Shown: positions 22,481 through 36,266, counted from the first letter of the stretch. The stretch: 64,000 nt of DNA from Candidatus Nanopelagicales bacterium (GCA_038214925.1 JBBQRL010000001.1:18117-82116), one strand, 5' to 3'. Program-made: numbers and translations. Notes: generated by a model not told the origin, from the letters alone.

Positions 22481-22940
22481 CGAAAGAAAATTCTTTAATA
22501 ATCTCTTGCACAATATTTACCGATAAACCAGCAAAGATGGAAAGAGAGTCTAGGTCACTAGTACGAAGTGAGATTACTTCACCATTCCAATCACCTCTTC
22601 GCTGTGCAATCTCTCGCAAAACTCGGATGACTAACAGAACTTCTGGTCTTTGGGATTTCGTGATGGCTCTAATATCGATGGTGATTCGCTGTTCCTCGAT
22701 TCGCGAAGTTTTTGCGCCAAAGAATTCAGAGGCGGGCATCTGGTACAACTTCGCAATTTCAATCAGTTTTGCAACGTTGATCTGTCGGTCGCCTCGCTCG
22801 TAGCTTCCCAAAGCAACCGCTGAAATCTCACCCTTCGAGAGTTTCTCAACTTCTAGGAGTGTCATGTGGCGAGCTTCCCGAAGTTGGCGAAGTCGGATAT
22901 GGACGGTTTCGATCTGGTCTGGCGTGTACATGTGAGTCAT
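22467..22940 (-). CDS. bldD: BldD-like developmental/c-di-GMP-responsive transcriptional regulator (XRE HTH)
   Basis: N-terminal HTH with ..GSYERGDRQINVAKLIEIAKLY.., closely resembling Streptomyces BldD. C-terminal RGD-X8-RTSD at aa 115-129. Divergent from pyrR, as I recall for Streptomyces. Confidence 0.8.
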   Translation of the reverse strand: MTHMYTPDQIETVHIRLRQLREARHMTLLEVEKLSKGEISAVALGSYERGDRQINVAKLIEIAKLYQMPASEFFGAKTSRIEEQRITIDIRAITKSQRPEVLLVIRVLREIAQRRGDWNGEVISLRTSDLDSLSIFAGLSVNIVQEIIKEFSFARSK

Positions 22941-23021
22941 GGCGGGAACGGTAAGCCATGGAGCTCTCAGGATTGTGAGTTATCCACAGTATTTTCGACA
23001 CCTGCTACACTTCGCAACGCA

Positions 23022-23056
23022 TCCTTTAACAACCCATCCTGAGAGGTGGGAAAGGA
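23022..23056 (+). promoter_or_regulatory. PyrR-binding hairpin that sequesters the pyrR Shine-Dalgarno sequence
   Basis: Upper stem-loop CCCAUC-CUGAGA-GGUGGG (23033-23050) resembles the PyrR binding-loop consensus (..AUCCAGAGAGG..). Lower stem UCCUUU (23022-27) pairs with AAAGGA (23051-56), which is the SD 8 nt before the ATG at 23064. Confidence 0.6.
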
Positions 23057-23063
23057 GATTTAC

Positions 23064-23594
23064 ATGAGCATTGCCCTGTCTGCGCAAGATATTTCACGTG
23101 CGCTTACTCGTATATCCCACGAAATTTTAGAACGCAATCAAGGTTCCGAAAATATTGTTCTGTTAGGTATTCCAACGCGCGGCGCGCATTTAGCTGCGCG
23201 AATTGCTGCATCGATTAGTGAAATCGAAGGAACGTCAGTTGCATCAGGAACACTCGATATCACCTTGCACCGCGATGATCTGCGGCTTCGTCCGCCTCGC
23301 ACCATCATGCCCACGCACATTCCCGCATCTGGAATCGAAGGCAAAGATGTAATTTTGATCGATGATGTTCTATTTTCGGGTCGAACAATTAGAGCGGCCC
23401 TGGATTCCCTTGGAGAAGTCGGACGGCCAAGAACTGTTCAGTTGGCCGTACTTGTTGATCGTGGACATAGAGAACTGCCGATAAAAGCAGATTTTGTTGG
23501 AAAAAACTTACCAACGTCGCTCAATCAATCCGTAAAAGTCTCGCTCTCGGAGATCGATGGTCGAGACGAAGTCAGTATTGAAGGTGCAAACTAA
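23064..23594 (+). CDS. pyrR: Bifunctional pyrimidine operon regulator / uracil phosphoribosyltransferase PyrR
   Basis: PRTase motif [16 protein letters not shown] preceded by AAAGGAG. First gene of the pyr operon. Confidence 0.93.
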   Translation: MSIALSAQDISRALTRISHEILERNQGSENIVLLGIPTRGAHLAARIAASISEIEGTSVASGTLDITLHRDDLRLRPPRTIMPTHIPASGIEGKDVILIDDVLFSGRTIRAALDSLGEVGRPRTVQLAVLVDRGHRELPIKADFVGKNLPTSLNQSVKVSLSEIDGRDEVSIEGAN

Positions 23595-24544
23595 TGATGC
23601 GACATCTACTTTCGATCGCCGATTTAACGGTAAGCGATGCGCTTTCAATTCTTGACACAGCTACTGAATTAGCTCGAGTCAGTGATGGACAAGTTAAAAA
23701 ACTTCCCACGCTACGTGGTCGCACAATCGTGAATCTATTTGCTGAGGATTCAACTCGGACCAGAATTTCATTTGAAGCCGCAGCTAAGCGACTCTCCGCC
23801 GATGTCATCAATTTTTCGGCGAAGGGTTCCAGCATTAGTAAGGGTGAATCATTGAAAGATACAGCGATGACTTTGCAGGCGATGGGCGCCGATGCCGTGG
23901 TCATCCGCCATAGTGCCTCAGGTGCAGCGCAACGATTGGCTGATAACCGCTGGATGTCGGGCAGTGTTATTAATGCTGGAGATGGAACTCATGAGCACCC
24001 TAGCCAGGCGTTGTTAGATGCCTTCACAATTCGCAAACATCTGGCAAAGGGCAAACATGATTTATCTGGAATTCATGTCGCCATTGTTGGTGATGTTTTA
24101 CATTCTCGCGTAGCTAGATCTAATGTTTTGCTTTTATCACTTCTTGGCGCACATGTGACTTTGGTGGCACCACCAACTCTCTTCCCGGTTGGGGTAAATA
24201 ATTGGCCCTGTGAGATTTCATACGATCTGGATTCTGTCTTGCCACATGTGGATGCCATCATGATGTTGCGAGTTCAACAAGAGCGTATGAATGAATTATT
24301 TTTTCCAAGCGCTCGTGAGTACTCGCGCTACTACGGATTAAATGCCGATCGCATGGCGAAGTTGAAAAAGAACTCAATTATTTTGCACCCCGGTCCAATG
24401 AATAGAGGACTTGAGATCTCGGCTGAAGTTGCCGATAGCGTGAGATCGGTAATTACCGAACAAGTGACCAATGGCGTAAGTGTAAGAATGGCGATTTTGT
24501 ATGTACTACTTGCTGGTGGACCACTTGAATCGGGGAGTAATTAA
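23594..24544 (+). CDS. pyrB: Aspartate carbamoyltransferase catalytic subunit
   Basis: [10 protein letters not shown] and [10 protein letters not shown] motifs. 316 aa. Confidence 0.96.
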   Translation: MMRHLLSIADLTVSDALSILDTATELARVSDGQVKKLPTLRGRTIVNLFAEDSTRTRISFEAAAKRLSADVINFSAKGSSISKGESLKDTAMTLQAMGADAVVIRHSASGAAQRLADNRWMSGSVINAGDGTHEHPSQALLDAFTIRKHLAKGKHDLSGIHVAIVGDVLHSRVARSNVLLLSLLGAHVTLVAPPTLFPVGVNNWPCEISYDLDSVLPHVDAIMMLRVQQERMNELFFPSAREYSRYYGLNADRMAKLKKNSIILHPGPMNRGLEISAEVADSVRSVITEQVTNGVSVRMAILYVLLAGGPLESGSN

Positions 24545-25852
24545 ATGACTAACTCAAAGTACTTGATTAAAAATGTTGCACTTCCCGATGGAAAGAGATC
24601 TGATCTCCTAATCGACAAGAACGTTATTTCACAGATTGCAAAGGATATTAAATCGGAGGGCGCACAAGTTATCGATGGCAGCCATTCGGTTGTGCTGCCA
24701 GGCCTAGTTGATTTACACACACATTTGCGCGAGCCTGGTCGAGAAGATGCCGAAACAGTTCTCACCGGAAGTAGAGCTGGTGCAAAAGGTGGATTTACCG
24801 CGCTTTCGGCGATGGCAAATACATCACCAGTTGCCGATACCGCCGGCGTAGTTGAACAGGTTTATCGGTTAGGACAAGAAGCTGGCTTGTTAGATGTCTT
24901 CCCAATCGGTGCCGTAACCCAAGGTTTAAAGGGGGAGTCACTGTCAGAAATCGGTGCCATGGCCGATTCCTTAGCGAAGGTACGTATTTTTAGCGATGAT
25001 GGGAATTGCGTTTTTGATCCTTTGGTAATGCGACGGGCACTTGAATACATTAAGAAATTTGATGGTGTGATTGCTCAACACGCACAAGATCCACGTATGA
25101 CTATTGGTTCACAGATGAATGAGGGCAAAATTTCGGCGCGACTTGGATTAAAGGGATGGCCCGCTGTCGCCGAGGAAGCGATTATTGCCCGAGATATACT
25201 GCTGGCCGATCACGTTCAATCACGTTTACATATTTGTCATCTGACCACAGCTGGTGGTGTTGAAATTATTCGCTGGGCAAAAGCCCGCGGCATTAATGTA
25301 ACGGCCGAAGTAACGCCACATCACCTATTACTCACCGATGAGTTAGCAACTTCATATGATCCAATCTATAAAGTAAATCCACCGCTTCGCACGCAAGCCG
25401 ATGTGCACGCACTACGCCAGGGCTTAGCTGAAGGAATAATTGACATAGTTGCAACTGATCATGCGCCTCATCCAACCGAGGCCAAGGATTGCGAATGGCA
25501 GGAAGCAGCCTTTGGCATGATAGGTCTAGAAACGGCTTTATCAATCGTGACAAAAACGATGGTAGAGACTGGTTTAATGGATTGGTCACAAGTTGCCCAA
25601 CGCATGTCCATCACACCTGCGAAAATCGGTGGCTATGGAAATCAAGGCCAAAATATCGCGGTTGGCGCGGTCGCAAATCTTGTTGTGATCAATCCAACGA
25701 AAAAATGGATAGTAGATCGCGATTTAGTCTCGTCAAAGTCGACCAATACTCCATACCATGGCCATGAATTACCTGGTGTAATCACGCATACTTTTTTCAA
25801 GGGTGAAGCAACGCTCTTTGATGAAAAACTTATCAAGAACGGAGATATGTAA
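24545..25852 (+). CDS. pyrC: Dihydroorotase
   Basis: Amidohydrolase motif VDLHTHLREPG and ..ATDHAPH... 435 aa. Confidence 0.93.
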   Translation: MTNSKYLIKNVALPDGKRSDLLIDKNVISQIAKDIKSEGAQVIDGSHSVVLPGLVDLHTHLREPGREDAETVLTGSRAGAKGGFTALSAMANTSPVADTAGVVEQVYRLGQEAGLLDVFPIGAVTQGLKGESLSEIGAMADSLAKVRIFSDDGNCVFDPLVMRRALEYIKKFDGVIAQHAQDPRMTIGSQMNEGKISARLGLKGWPAVAEEAIIARDILLADHVQSRLHICHLTTAGGVEIIRWAKARGINVTAEVTPHHLLLTDELATSYDPIYKVNPPLRTQADVHALRQGLAEGIIDIVATDHAPHPTEAKDCEWQEAAFGMIGLETALSIVTKTMVETGLMDWSQVAQRMSITPAKIGGYGNQGQNIAVGAVANLVVINPTKKWIVDRDLVSSKSTNTPYHGHELPGVITHTFFKGEATLFDEKLIKNGDM

Positions 25853-26967
25853 ATGGCTCGTGCATATCTTGTTTTAGATGATGGGCGAATATTTGAAGGC
25901 TCATCATGGGCGGCGACGGGTAAAACTTTTGGCGAAGCAGTTTTCCAAACTGGGATGACTGGCTACCAGGAGACATTGACTGACCCTTCGTATCACAAGC
26001 AAATCGTCATAATGACGGCTCCCCATATTGGTAATACCGGAGTAAATAAAAGTGACAATGAATCAGAGAAGATTTGGGTTGCTGGCTTTGTCGTACGAAA
26101 TCCGTCGGCCGTAACATCAAATTGGCGTGCCGATAATGATTTAGAAGCCGAGTTAATTTCACAAAATATCGTTGGAATTTCTGGCGTAGATACTCGGGCA
26201 CTTACGAGGCATCTACGAGATCGTGGCGCTATGCGGGTTGGAATTTTCTCTGGGTTAGATTTATCCAGAGAAGAAATGGTGGTTGAAGTTCGCAAGGCCG
26301 ATGCCATGGTGAATGCGTTTTTAGTACAAGATGTTTCAACGACTGAGAATTACGTTGTTCCGGCTGTTGGTAAAAAAATCTTCACTGTGGCTGCGATAGA
26401 TCTTGGGATCAAGCGCGCGACACCAAATGCCTTAGCCCAACGTGGGGTTGAAACTCATGTTTTGCCTTTTAACTCAACATTCGATGAAATTATGGAGCTC
26501 AAGCCAGATGGTGTTTTTCTCTCAAATGGTCCGGGTGATCCATCGACGATGGGTGAAGTCGTTGAAGTGGTGCGCGCACTTCTCTTAGAAGAGATCCCTA
26601 TCTTTGGAATTTGTTTTGGTCATCAAATTCTTGGTCGCGCACTTGGCTTTGAAACCTACAAGTTACAGTTTGGACACCGTGGAATCAATCAACCAGTGAT
26701 GGATAAAAATACTGGACGGGTCGAAATCACAGCGCACAATCATGGATTTGCAGTAGCTGCGCCAACGGATAAAGAGTTTTCAACGGTCTTTGGATTAGGC
26801 GAAGTTACTCATACCTGTCTCAATGACGGCGTAGTCGAGGGGCTCCAACTCTTGGAGCGACCAGCATTCTCGGTTCAGTATCACCCAGAAGCTGCGGCAG
26901 GTCCGCATGATGCGGCTTACTTATTTGATCGCTTCGTTGATTTAATGGCGAGAAAGGTCCGTGCCTA

Positions 26968-26968
<1 letters not shown>
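25853..26968 (+). CDS. carA: Carbamoyl-phosphate synthase small (glutaminase) subunit
   Basis: GATase triad region GICFGHQ and ..QYHPEA... 371 aa. Confidence 0.96.
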
Positions 26969-30224
<3,256 letters not shown>

Positions 30225-30228
<4 letters not shown>

Positions 30229-31064
30229 TGGCGACAATTAATAAAAATGCCCAGCAAATACTAGCTCCGATAATTTCAAATAAAAGAGTTGGTCAGTACC
30301 ATCAAATCATTCTCAATATCGGTGATATGGCGGCACACTGTAAACCAGGAAATTTTGTAGCTATCAAGGTTGGTGGAGCGCAATCAGCGATGGTACTGCG
30401 GCGGGCCTTTGCAATATCTCGAGTAAGTATGAGCGCCACACTCGGTGGAACTATGGAGTTAATCGTTGCACCTTATGGCCAGGGCTCATCGTGGTTATGC
30501 GCACTTCCTGAAGGTGCGGTAATAGATTTAGTTGCGCCACTTGGTACAGCTTTTGGAATTCCAACAGAGCCGTTGCATGTTTTATTAGTTGGTGGTGGAT
30601 ATGGATCGGCGCCGCTCTTTGGTTTAGCCGAATTGCTCAACGCACGAGGTTGTCGAGTAGATATGATTTTAGGAGCAAGTACTGCGGCAAAGATTTACGC
30701 CCCCATGGAGGGTAAGCGCGCCGTTAATTCAATGAGAATCGTGACCGAAGATGGTTCAACTGGGACGCAAGGTCGGGTTACCGATCTAATTCCTGCCCTC
30801 GTAGCTGATCTAGATATCGCAGTTGTTTATTCGTGCGGCCCAATGGCGATGTTAGCTGCGATTACAAAAATCACCGATGAGTTAGATGTTGTTCATCAAG
30901 CCTCAGTAGAAGAGTCGATGGCTTGTGGAATCGGTATTTGCATGACCTGTGTTTTGCCAGTAAAAACCGATGATGGGTCAACTTCGATGTTGAGATCATG
31001 TATCGATGGTCCGGTTATGGATGGCTCGAAAGTTCAATGGGATTTAGTTGGAAAAACACTATGA
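30225..31064 (+). CDS. pyrK: Dihydroorotate dehydrogenase electron-transfer subunit PyrK
   Basis: FAD/NAD-binding fold plus a C-terminal 2Fe-2S Cys cluster (CGIGICMTC...C). The ATG at 30225 forms an ATGA overlap with the carB stop. The ORF could also start at 30216. Confidence 0.88.
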
Positions 31065-32008
31065 GTTCAATAGATTTTTCAACCACGATCGGAAACGCCT
31101 GGTTTCCGGCACCAACATTTACCGCAAGTGGTTGTGCGAGTTCTGGCCGCGAACTTGCTCAATTCTTTCCGCTTCGTGAAATGGGCGGTGTTGTCACAAA
31201 GTCGGTTATGTCTAAGCCCCGCAATGGTCGGGCGACTCCGCGAATGGCTGAAACTCCAAGTGGAATGCTTAATTCAATTGGTTTGCAAGGCCCAGGTATT
31301 GACTCCTTTATTGCCAATGATGTGCCTTATCTAGTTGAGCAAAAAGCGCGCATTATCGTTTCTATCGCGGGTGAAACGATTGAAGAGTACTCAACTTTGG
31401 CACGCAAGCTTCGATCAGTTTCTGGAATAAGTGCAATTGAGGTCAATATCTCTTGCCCCAACGTGGAAAACCGTGGATTAGTTTTTGCCTGTGATCCAGA
31501 TGCATCCCGTAGAGTCATTGACGGCGTGCGCAAGACCATCGGGGGTGAGCTTGCGATCATTGCAAAGTTATCGCCCGATGTAACTGATTTAGTATCGATT
31601 GCGCGTGGAGTCGTTGATGCCGGAGCAGATGGATTGGCGTTAATCAATACAGTGTTAGGTATGGTGATTAACGTTGACACTATGCGACCACAGTTAGGTG
31701 GAAAAACTGGCGGACTATCGGGACCGGCAATCAGGCCGATTGCGATTCGTGCCGTATACCAAGTGCATGCAGCGCTACCAAATACACCGATCTTGGGAAT
31801 GGGTGGAATTGCCTCTGGTAAGGATGCACTAGAGATGATTTTAGCTGGCGCTAGCGGCGTCTCAATCGGTACCGCAAGTTTTGGAAACCCAACGGCAATT
31901 ATGTCAATTCAAAGTGAATTAAAAGAAATGTTGATTAACCGCGGCTTCACATCATTGAAGCAAGCAGTTGGTTTTGCCCACCGAGTCGAGGCAACCAACA
32001 ATGAGTAA
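31061..32008 (+). CDS. pyrD: Dihydroorotate dehydrogenase catalytic subunit (class 1B)
   Basis: ATGA overlap with the pyrK stop. Motifs ..NSIGLQGPG.., ..NISCPN.., ..GGI.SG.DA.E.. . Confidence 0.93.
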   Translation: MSSIDFSTTIGNAWFPAPTFTASGCASSGRELAQFFPLREMGGVVTKSVMSKPRNGRATPRMAETPSGMLNSIGLQGPGIDSFIANDVPYLVEQKARIIVSIAGETIEEYSTLARKLRSVSGISAIEVNISCPNVENRGLVFACDPDASRRVIDGVRKTIGGELAIIAKLSPDVTDLVSIARGVVDAGADGLALINTVLGMVINVDTMRPQLGGKTGGLSGPAIRPIAIRAVYQVHAALPNTPILGMGGIASGKDALEMILAGASGVSIGTASFGNPTAIMSIQSELKEMLINRGFTSLKQAVGFAHRVEATNNE

Positions 32009-32711
32009 AGCGCCAATAGTTTTAGCCGTTGATACCTCAGATCTTAAAACAGCAATAGCTTGGGTTGGTGCAACTCGTGACTCGGTATCAGTTTATAAAC
32101 TAGGGCTTGAATTTTTTCTCACCTTTGGCATGGAAGGCGTTCGGGCGGTAAAGGGTGAGACTGATTGCGATATTTTTCTTGATCTAAAACTCCATGACAT
32201 TCCACATACGGTCAGTGGTGCCACCAAAGCTATAGCCCACCTTGCGCCAAAGTATTTAACGGTTCATGCCTCTGGTGGACGTTCCATGATTAGAGCCGCT
32301 GCCAAAAGCGCCCCACAAACGTTGATCACGGGTGTGACTGTATTGACCTCACTCTCAGATGCAGATCTAGTTGGAATTGGATTCAAGGAAGCGGCTTTGC
32401 CGACAGCAGTTGCGTTAGCGCAGTTAGCCATTGCATCGGGGGCTCGAGCAATTGTCTGTTCGCCCTTGGAGATCGATGCGATTCGAAAAGCAGTGGGTCC
32501 GCAACCAATCATCATTACACCGGGGGTTCGCCCCAGTGATTCAACACAAAGTGATGACCAAGTTAGAACGATGACACCGGCAGCTGCAATTGCATTGGGA
32601 GCAAATCTCGTTGTGATTGGTCGCCCAATTACTCAGAGCTGGGAGCATGGAGTGCAAGCGATGAAGGATCGTGCGGCGCAGATCGCGGCGCAAATAATTA
32701 ATAACGAGTAG
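32001..32711 (+). CDS. pyrF: Orotidine 5'-phosphate decarboxylase
   Basis: LAVDT.. and FLDLKLHDIPHT motifs. The ATG at 32001 overlaps the pyrD end by 8 nt. Confidence 0.92.
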   Translation: MSKAPIVLAVDTSDLKTAIAWVGATRDSVSVYKLGLEFFLTFGMEGVRAVKGETDCDIFLDLKLHDIPHTVSGATKAIAHLAPKYLTVHASGGRSMIRAAAKSAPQTLITGVTVLTSLSDADLVGIGFKEAALPTAVALAQLAIASGARAIVCSPLEIDAIRKAVGPQPIIITPGVRPSDSTQSDDQVRTMTPAAAIALGANLVVIGRPITQSWEHGVQAMKDRAAQIAAQIINNE

Positions 32712-32720
32712 ATTTCACCT

Positions 32721-33593
32721 ATGGCGCTTCCTCCACAATTGACAACAGAGGAACGTGCTAGGGCACTTGCCAAGGCCGCACATTCACGTAAACGTCGGGC
32801 AGAGATTAAGCTTCAGATTAAATCTGGCGAGTTGTCGATGGATAGGATTCTTGAATTAGCAAAAACAGATGATGCCGTTGCAAAGATGCGGGTGAAAGAG
32901 TTACTCGAGTCAGTCTCTGGTGTAGGAAAGATTAGGGCTTTGTCGTTAATGGAGCGTTTAAATATCTCGCCACAGCGTAGAATTCAAGGTCTTGGACGTC
33001 ATCAAATTAAAGATTTACGAAACGAACTTATGAAATCAGAACATGCTTTGCTACCAGGAAAACTCCTTGTGCTCTCAGGTCCGGGTGGCGTTGGTAAGAG
33101 TACTGTTGCAAGTAAGTTACGTGAGGCGGGAGATTTCTGGGTCAGCACAAGTGTGACTACTAGAAAAGCTCGAGCAAATGAAATTGAAGGTCGTGATTAT
33201 TTTTTCGTAACCGATGATCAATTCCAGGCAATGATAAACAATGATGAGTTTCTCGAGTGGGCTGAATTTGCCGGCAATCGCTATGGAACACCGCAAGATA
33301 AAGTTGAGCAAGCCTTATTACTAGGTCAAGATGTTTTATTAGAGATTGAAATCGCCGGCGCAAAGCAAGTTAAAGCGCATTTACCTAAATCTATTTTGGT
33401 CTTTCTGGAGCCGCCTACGTGGGAGGAGTTAGTCGCCCGATTAGAAGGTCGGGGCACTGATAACGATGAAAGGCGAGCTGAGCGCCTTGAATTAGCCCAG
33501 GAAGAGCTAGCAGCAGCCTCATTTTTCGATGTAGTGATGATTAATGATGAGGTAGAGACGGTCGTACAAAAACTGATAGAGTTGGGCTCTTAA
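32721..33593 (+). CDS. gmk: Single ORF fusing integration host factor mIHF (aa 1-~103) to guanylate kinase (aa ~110-290)
   Basis: The N-terminal part (MALPPQLTTEERARALAKAA...GLGRHQIKDL) resembles mycobacterial mIHF. The C-terminal part has P-loop GPGGVGKST and Gmk motifs (..TTRKAR..E..G.DYFFV). There is no stop between them. An internal in-frame ATG lies at 33030. Confidence 0.85.
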   Translation: MALPPQLTTEERARALAKAAHSRKRRAEIKLQIKSGELSMDRILELAKTDDAVAKMRVKELLESVSGVGKIRALSLMERLNISPQRRIQGLGRHQIKDLRNELMKSEHALLPGKLLVLSGPGGVGKSTVASKLREAGDFWVSTSVTTRKARANEIEGRDYFFVTDDQFQAMINNDEFLEWAEFAGNRYGTPQDKVEQALLLGQDVLLEIEIAGAKQVKAHLPKSILVFLEPPTWEELVARLEGRGTDNDERRAERLELAQEELAAASFFDVVMINDEVETVVQKLIELGS

Positions 33594-33617
33594 TTGATTA
33601 AAGAGGCGGTTAAAACT

Positions 33618-33866
33618 ATGGACGGTATAACAAATCCACCAATCGATGAACTTTTAGATAAGAGTGGCTCTAAGTACAGTTTAGTTTTGTATGCCGCAAA
33701 GCGCGCACGCCAGATCAATGCATATTATTCACAACTCGGCGAAGGTCTACTCGAATACGTAGGTCCGCTGGTAGAGACTCACGTGCACGAGAAGCCACTT
33801 TCGATCGCACTTCGTGAGATCAACGAAGGTCTTCTTACTATCGAAAATCTAGAACCAACCGCTTAA
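33618..33866 (+). CDS. rpoZ: DNA-directed RNA polymerase subunit omega
   Basis: ..[31 protein letters not shown].. is the RpoZ signature. The ATG at 33618 has AAGAGG 9 nt upstream. The ORF could extend to the TTG at 33594. Confidence 0.92.
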   Translation: MDGITNPPIDELLDKSGSKYSLVLYAAKRARQINAYYSQLGEGLLEYVGPLVETHVHEKPLSIALREINEGLLTIENLEPTA

Positions 33867-33884
33867 TTTTTTCGGTATTTATCT

Positions 33885-35069
33885 ATGTCGCTGCTAAACC
33901 GAGAGATTGTTCTCGGAGTGGGCGGTGGGATCGCCGCTTACAAGTCATGTGAACTTTTGCGCCGGCTACAAGATCGCGGCTATCAGATTACCGTTGTTCC
34001 GACGCCCGCCTCTTTAAATTTTGTTGGTCAGGCAACCTGGGAAGCGTTATCAGGTCGTCCGGCTAATACCCAAGTGTGGGAGAGCGTTCATACAGTTCCA
34101 CATATTTCATTAGCCGAGAGAGCTGAATTCTTTTTGATTGCGCCGGCGACCGCTGATCTGATCGCACGCTTAGCTGCCGGTCGCGCCGATGATTTGCTGA
34201 CGAATTTAGTGCTCGCCTCCGACGTACCAAAGATGTTAGTTCCGGCGATGCATCCATCTATGTGGCTCGATCCTGCCACCGTTGCAAATGTGAAACTGCT
34301 TCGAGAGCGCGGCTTCATCGTGATGGAGCCAGAGACAGGACGTTTAACCGGAAGTGATATCGGACCCGGTCGTTTCCCTGAGACACAATCGATTATTGAA
34401 AACTTTGATCAGTTAACTGGAAATCGTCAGGATTTGATTGGAAAGAAAATCGTGGTTACCGCCGGCGGAACGCGAGAGGCGATCGATCCAGTTCGCTTCA
34501 TCGGTAATAGATCTTCTGGCAAACAGGGAATTGCGATCGCATTAGCGGCCAGAAATCGTGGGGCCCAGGTTCATTTGATCGTCGCCAACGTTGATACGTC
34601 ATCACTTCGTGGGTTAACAATCACGCAGGTTGAAACGGCAGCGCAAATGGGCGAAGTTCTAGCGCGTGAATTTAAAGAGTGCGACATCTTGATCATGAGT
34701 GCGGCCATTGCCGATGCAAAGCCAGTAACGAAATCTAATGAAAAGATAAAAAAAGAGTCATTCACAATAATTGAATTAACCACTAATCCTGATCTGTTGG
34801 CTGCCATGAGTACTCTGAAAACAAATCAAGTAATGGTTGGATTCGCCGCCGAAACTAGCGATCATGTGCAAGAGGCTCGCAAAAAGATGGAGCGTAAAGG
34901 GCTCGATATCATCTATGTAAATGATGTTTCGGGCGGGGCGATATTTGGTAAAGATGAAACTATGGGTACCATTCTCATACGCAATGATGCGGATATAGCG
35001 GTCAAGGAAGTCTCCAAAAACGCTCTCGGAAATTTACTTCTTGATCACGCCATCCGGCAGTTAGGTTGA
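33885..35069 (+). CDS. coaBC: Bifunctional phosphopantothenoylcysteine decarboxylase / synthetase
   Basis: Flavoprotein N-domain (GVGGGIAAYK) and a C-terminal CoaB domain (..TAGGTREAIDPVRFIGNRSSGKQG..). Confidence 0.93.
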   Translation: MSLLNREIVLGVGGGIAAYKSCELLRRLQDRGYQITVVPTPASLNFVGQATWEALSGRPANTQVWESVHTVPHISLAERAEFFLIAPATADLIARLAAGRADDLLTNLVLASDVPKMLVPAMHPSMWLDPATVANVKLLRERGFIVMEPETGRLTGSDIGPGRFPETQSIIENFDQLTGNRQDLIGKKIVVTAGGTREAIDPVRFIGNRSSGKQGIAIALAARNRGAQVHLIVANVDTSSLRGLTITQVETAAQMGEVLAREFKECDILIMSAAIADAKPVTKSNEKIKKESFTIIELTTNPDLLAAMSTLKTNQVMVGFAAETSDHVQEARKKMERKGLDIIYVNDVSGGAIFGKDETMGTILIRNDADIAVKEVSKNALGNLLLDHAIRQLG

Positions 35070-35072
35070 ATT

Positions 35073-36263
35073 ATGTCAAAGCGTCTTTTTACATCAGAAT
35101 CAGTCACCGAAGGCCATCCAGATAAGATCGCCGATGCAATTTCAGATGCGGTATTGGACTCGCTTATTTCCCAAGATAAAACAAGCCGAGTCGCAGTTGA
35201 GACATTAATTACCACCGGTCAAGTTCACGTCGCCGGTGAAGTAACTACTAATGGCTATGCCGATGTCAATGGCATCGTCCGAGACACGGTTTTAAATATC
35301 GGATATGACTCATCTGAAAAAGGCTTTGATGGCAACTCCTGTGGTGTTTCTATTTCCATTGGTCAACAGTCACAAGATATTGCACAAGGTGTTGATGATG
35401 CCTACGAACATCGAGTTTCTTCAGCGGTCGATCCATTAGATTTACAAGGCGCCGGTGATCAAGGATTGATGTTTGGTTATGCTTGCGATGATACTAAAGA
35501 ATTAATGCCACTACCTATCTGGTTGGCACATGCCTTGGCTGCGCAATTAACTAAGGTCAGAAAATCTGGCGAGCTAAGTTACTTACGTCCTGATGGGAAA
35601 ACTCAGGTCACTATTGAATACGACGGCGACAAAGCTATCGCACTCAACACAGTTGTTATTTCGAGTCAGCATTCAGAAGATGTCGATGTTGTAAAGAAGC
35701 TGACTCCTGAGATTATTGAGTTTGTAATGAATCCGATTCTTGCCACGATTGATCTGCCTCGCACCGATCTTCGAACATTAATTAATCCGACCGGTAGATT
35801 TGTGATCGGTGGCCCCATGGGTGATGCTGGTTTAACTGGTCGTAAAATTATCGTCGATACATATGGCGGTATGGCCCGTCATGGTGGCGGTGCATTTAGC
35901 GGTAAGGATCCTTCAAAGGTCGACCGCTCGGCTGCATATGCCATGCGTTGGGTAGCAAAAAATGTAGTCGCCGCTGGCTTAGCAACTCGTTGCGAAGTTC
36001 AGGTTGCTTACGCCATTGGTAAGGCGCAACCAGTTGGTGTCTTCGTCGAAACCTTTGGTAGCGAAAAAGTTCCAGTTGCAAAAATTCAGGATGCAGTTTT
36101 AACTGTCTTTGATTTACGTCCAGCTGCGATCATCAGAGATCTTGAATTGCTTCGTCCGATCTACTCCCTGACAAGTGCCTACGGACATTTTGGTCGCGAG
36201 CTTCCTGAATTTGTATGGGAGCGAACCGACCGAGTTGCTGCACTTCAAAACGCAGTTAAGTAG
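35073..36263 (+). CDS. metK: S-adenosylmethionine synthase
   Basis: [23 protein letters not shown] and [16 protein letters not shown] motifs. Confidence 0.97.
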   Translation: MSKRLFTSESVTEGHPDKIADAISDAVLDSLISQDKTSRVAVETLITTGQVHVAGEVTTNGYADVNGIVRDTVLNIGYDSSEKGFDGNSCGVSISIGQQSQDIAQGVDDAYEHRVSSAVDPLDLQGAGDQGLMFGYACDDTKELMPLPIWLAHALAAQLTKVRKSGELSYLRPDGKTQVTIEYDGDKAIALNTVVISSQHSEDVDVVKKLTPEIIEFVMNPILATIDLPRTDLRTLINPTGRFVIGGPMGDAGLTGRKIIVDTYGGMARHGGGAFSGKDPSKVDRSAAYAMRWVAKNVVAAGLATRCEVQVAYAIGKAQPVGVFVETFGSEKVPVAKIQDAVLTVFDLRPAAIIRDLELLRPIYSLTSAYGHFGRELPEFVWERTDRVAALQNAVK

Positions 36264-36266
36264 TCG

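Noticed and set aside
35070-35072. SAM or B12 riboswitches or T-box leaders upstream of metK, metH (58399-58448), hisS, aspS and alaS.
   Set aside because: The spacers are 0-50 nt, far too short for these elements, and no conserved riboswitch cores are visible.
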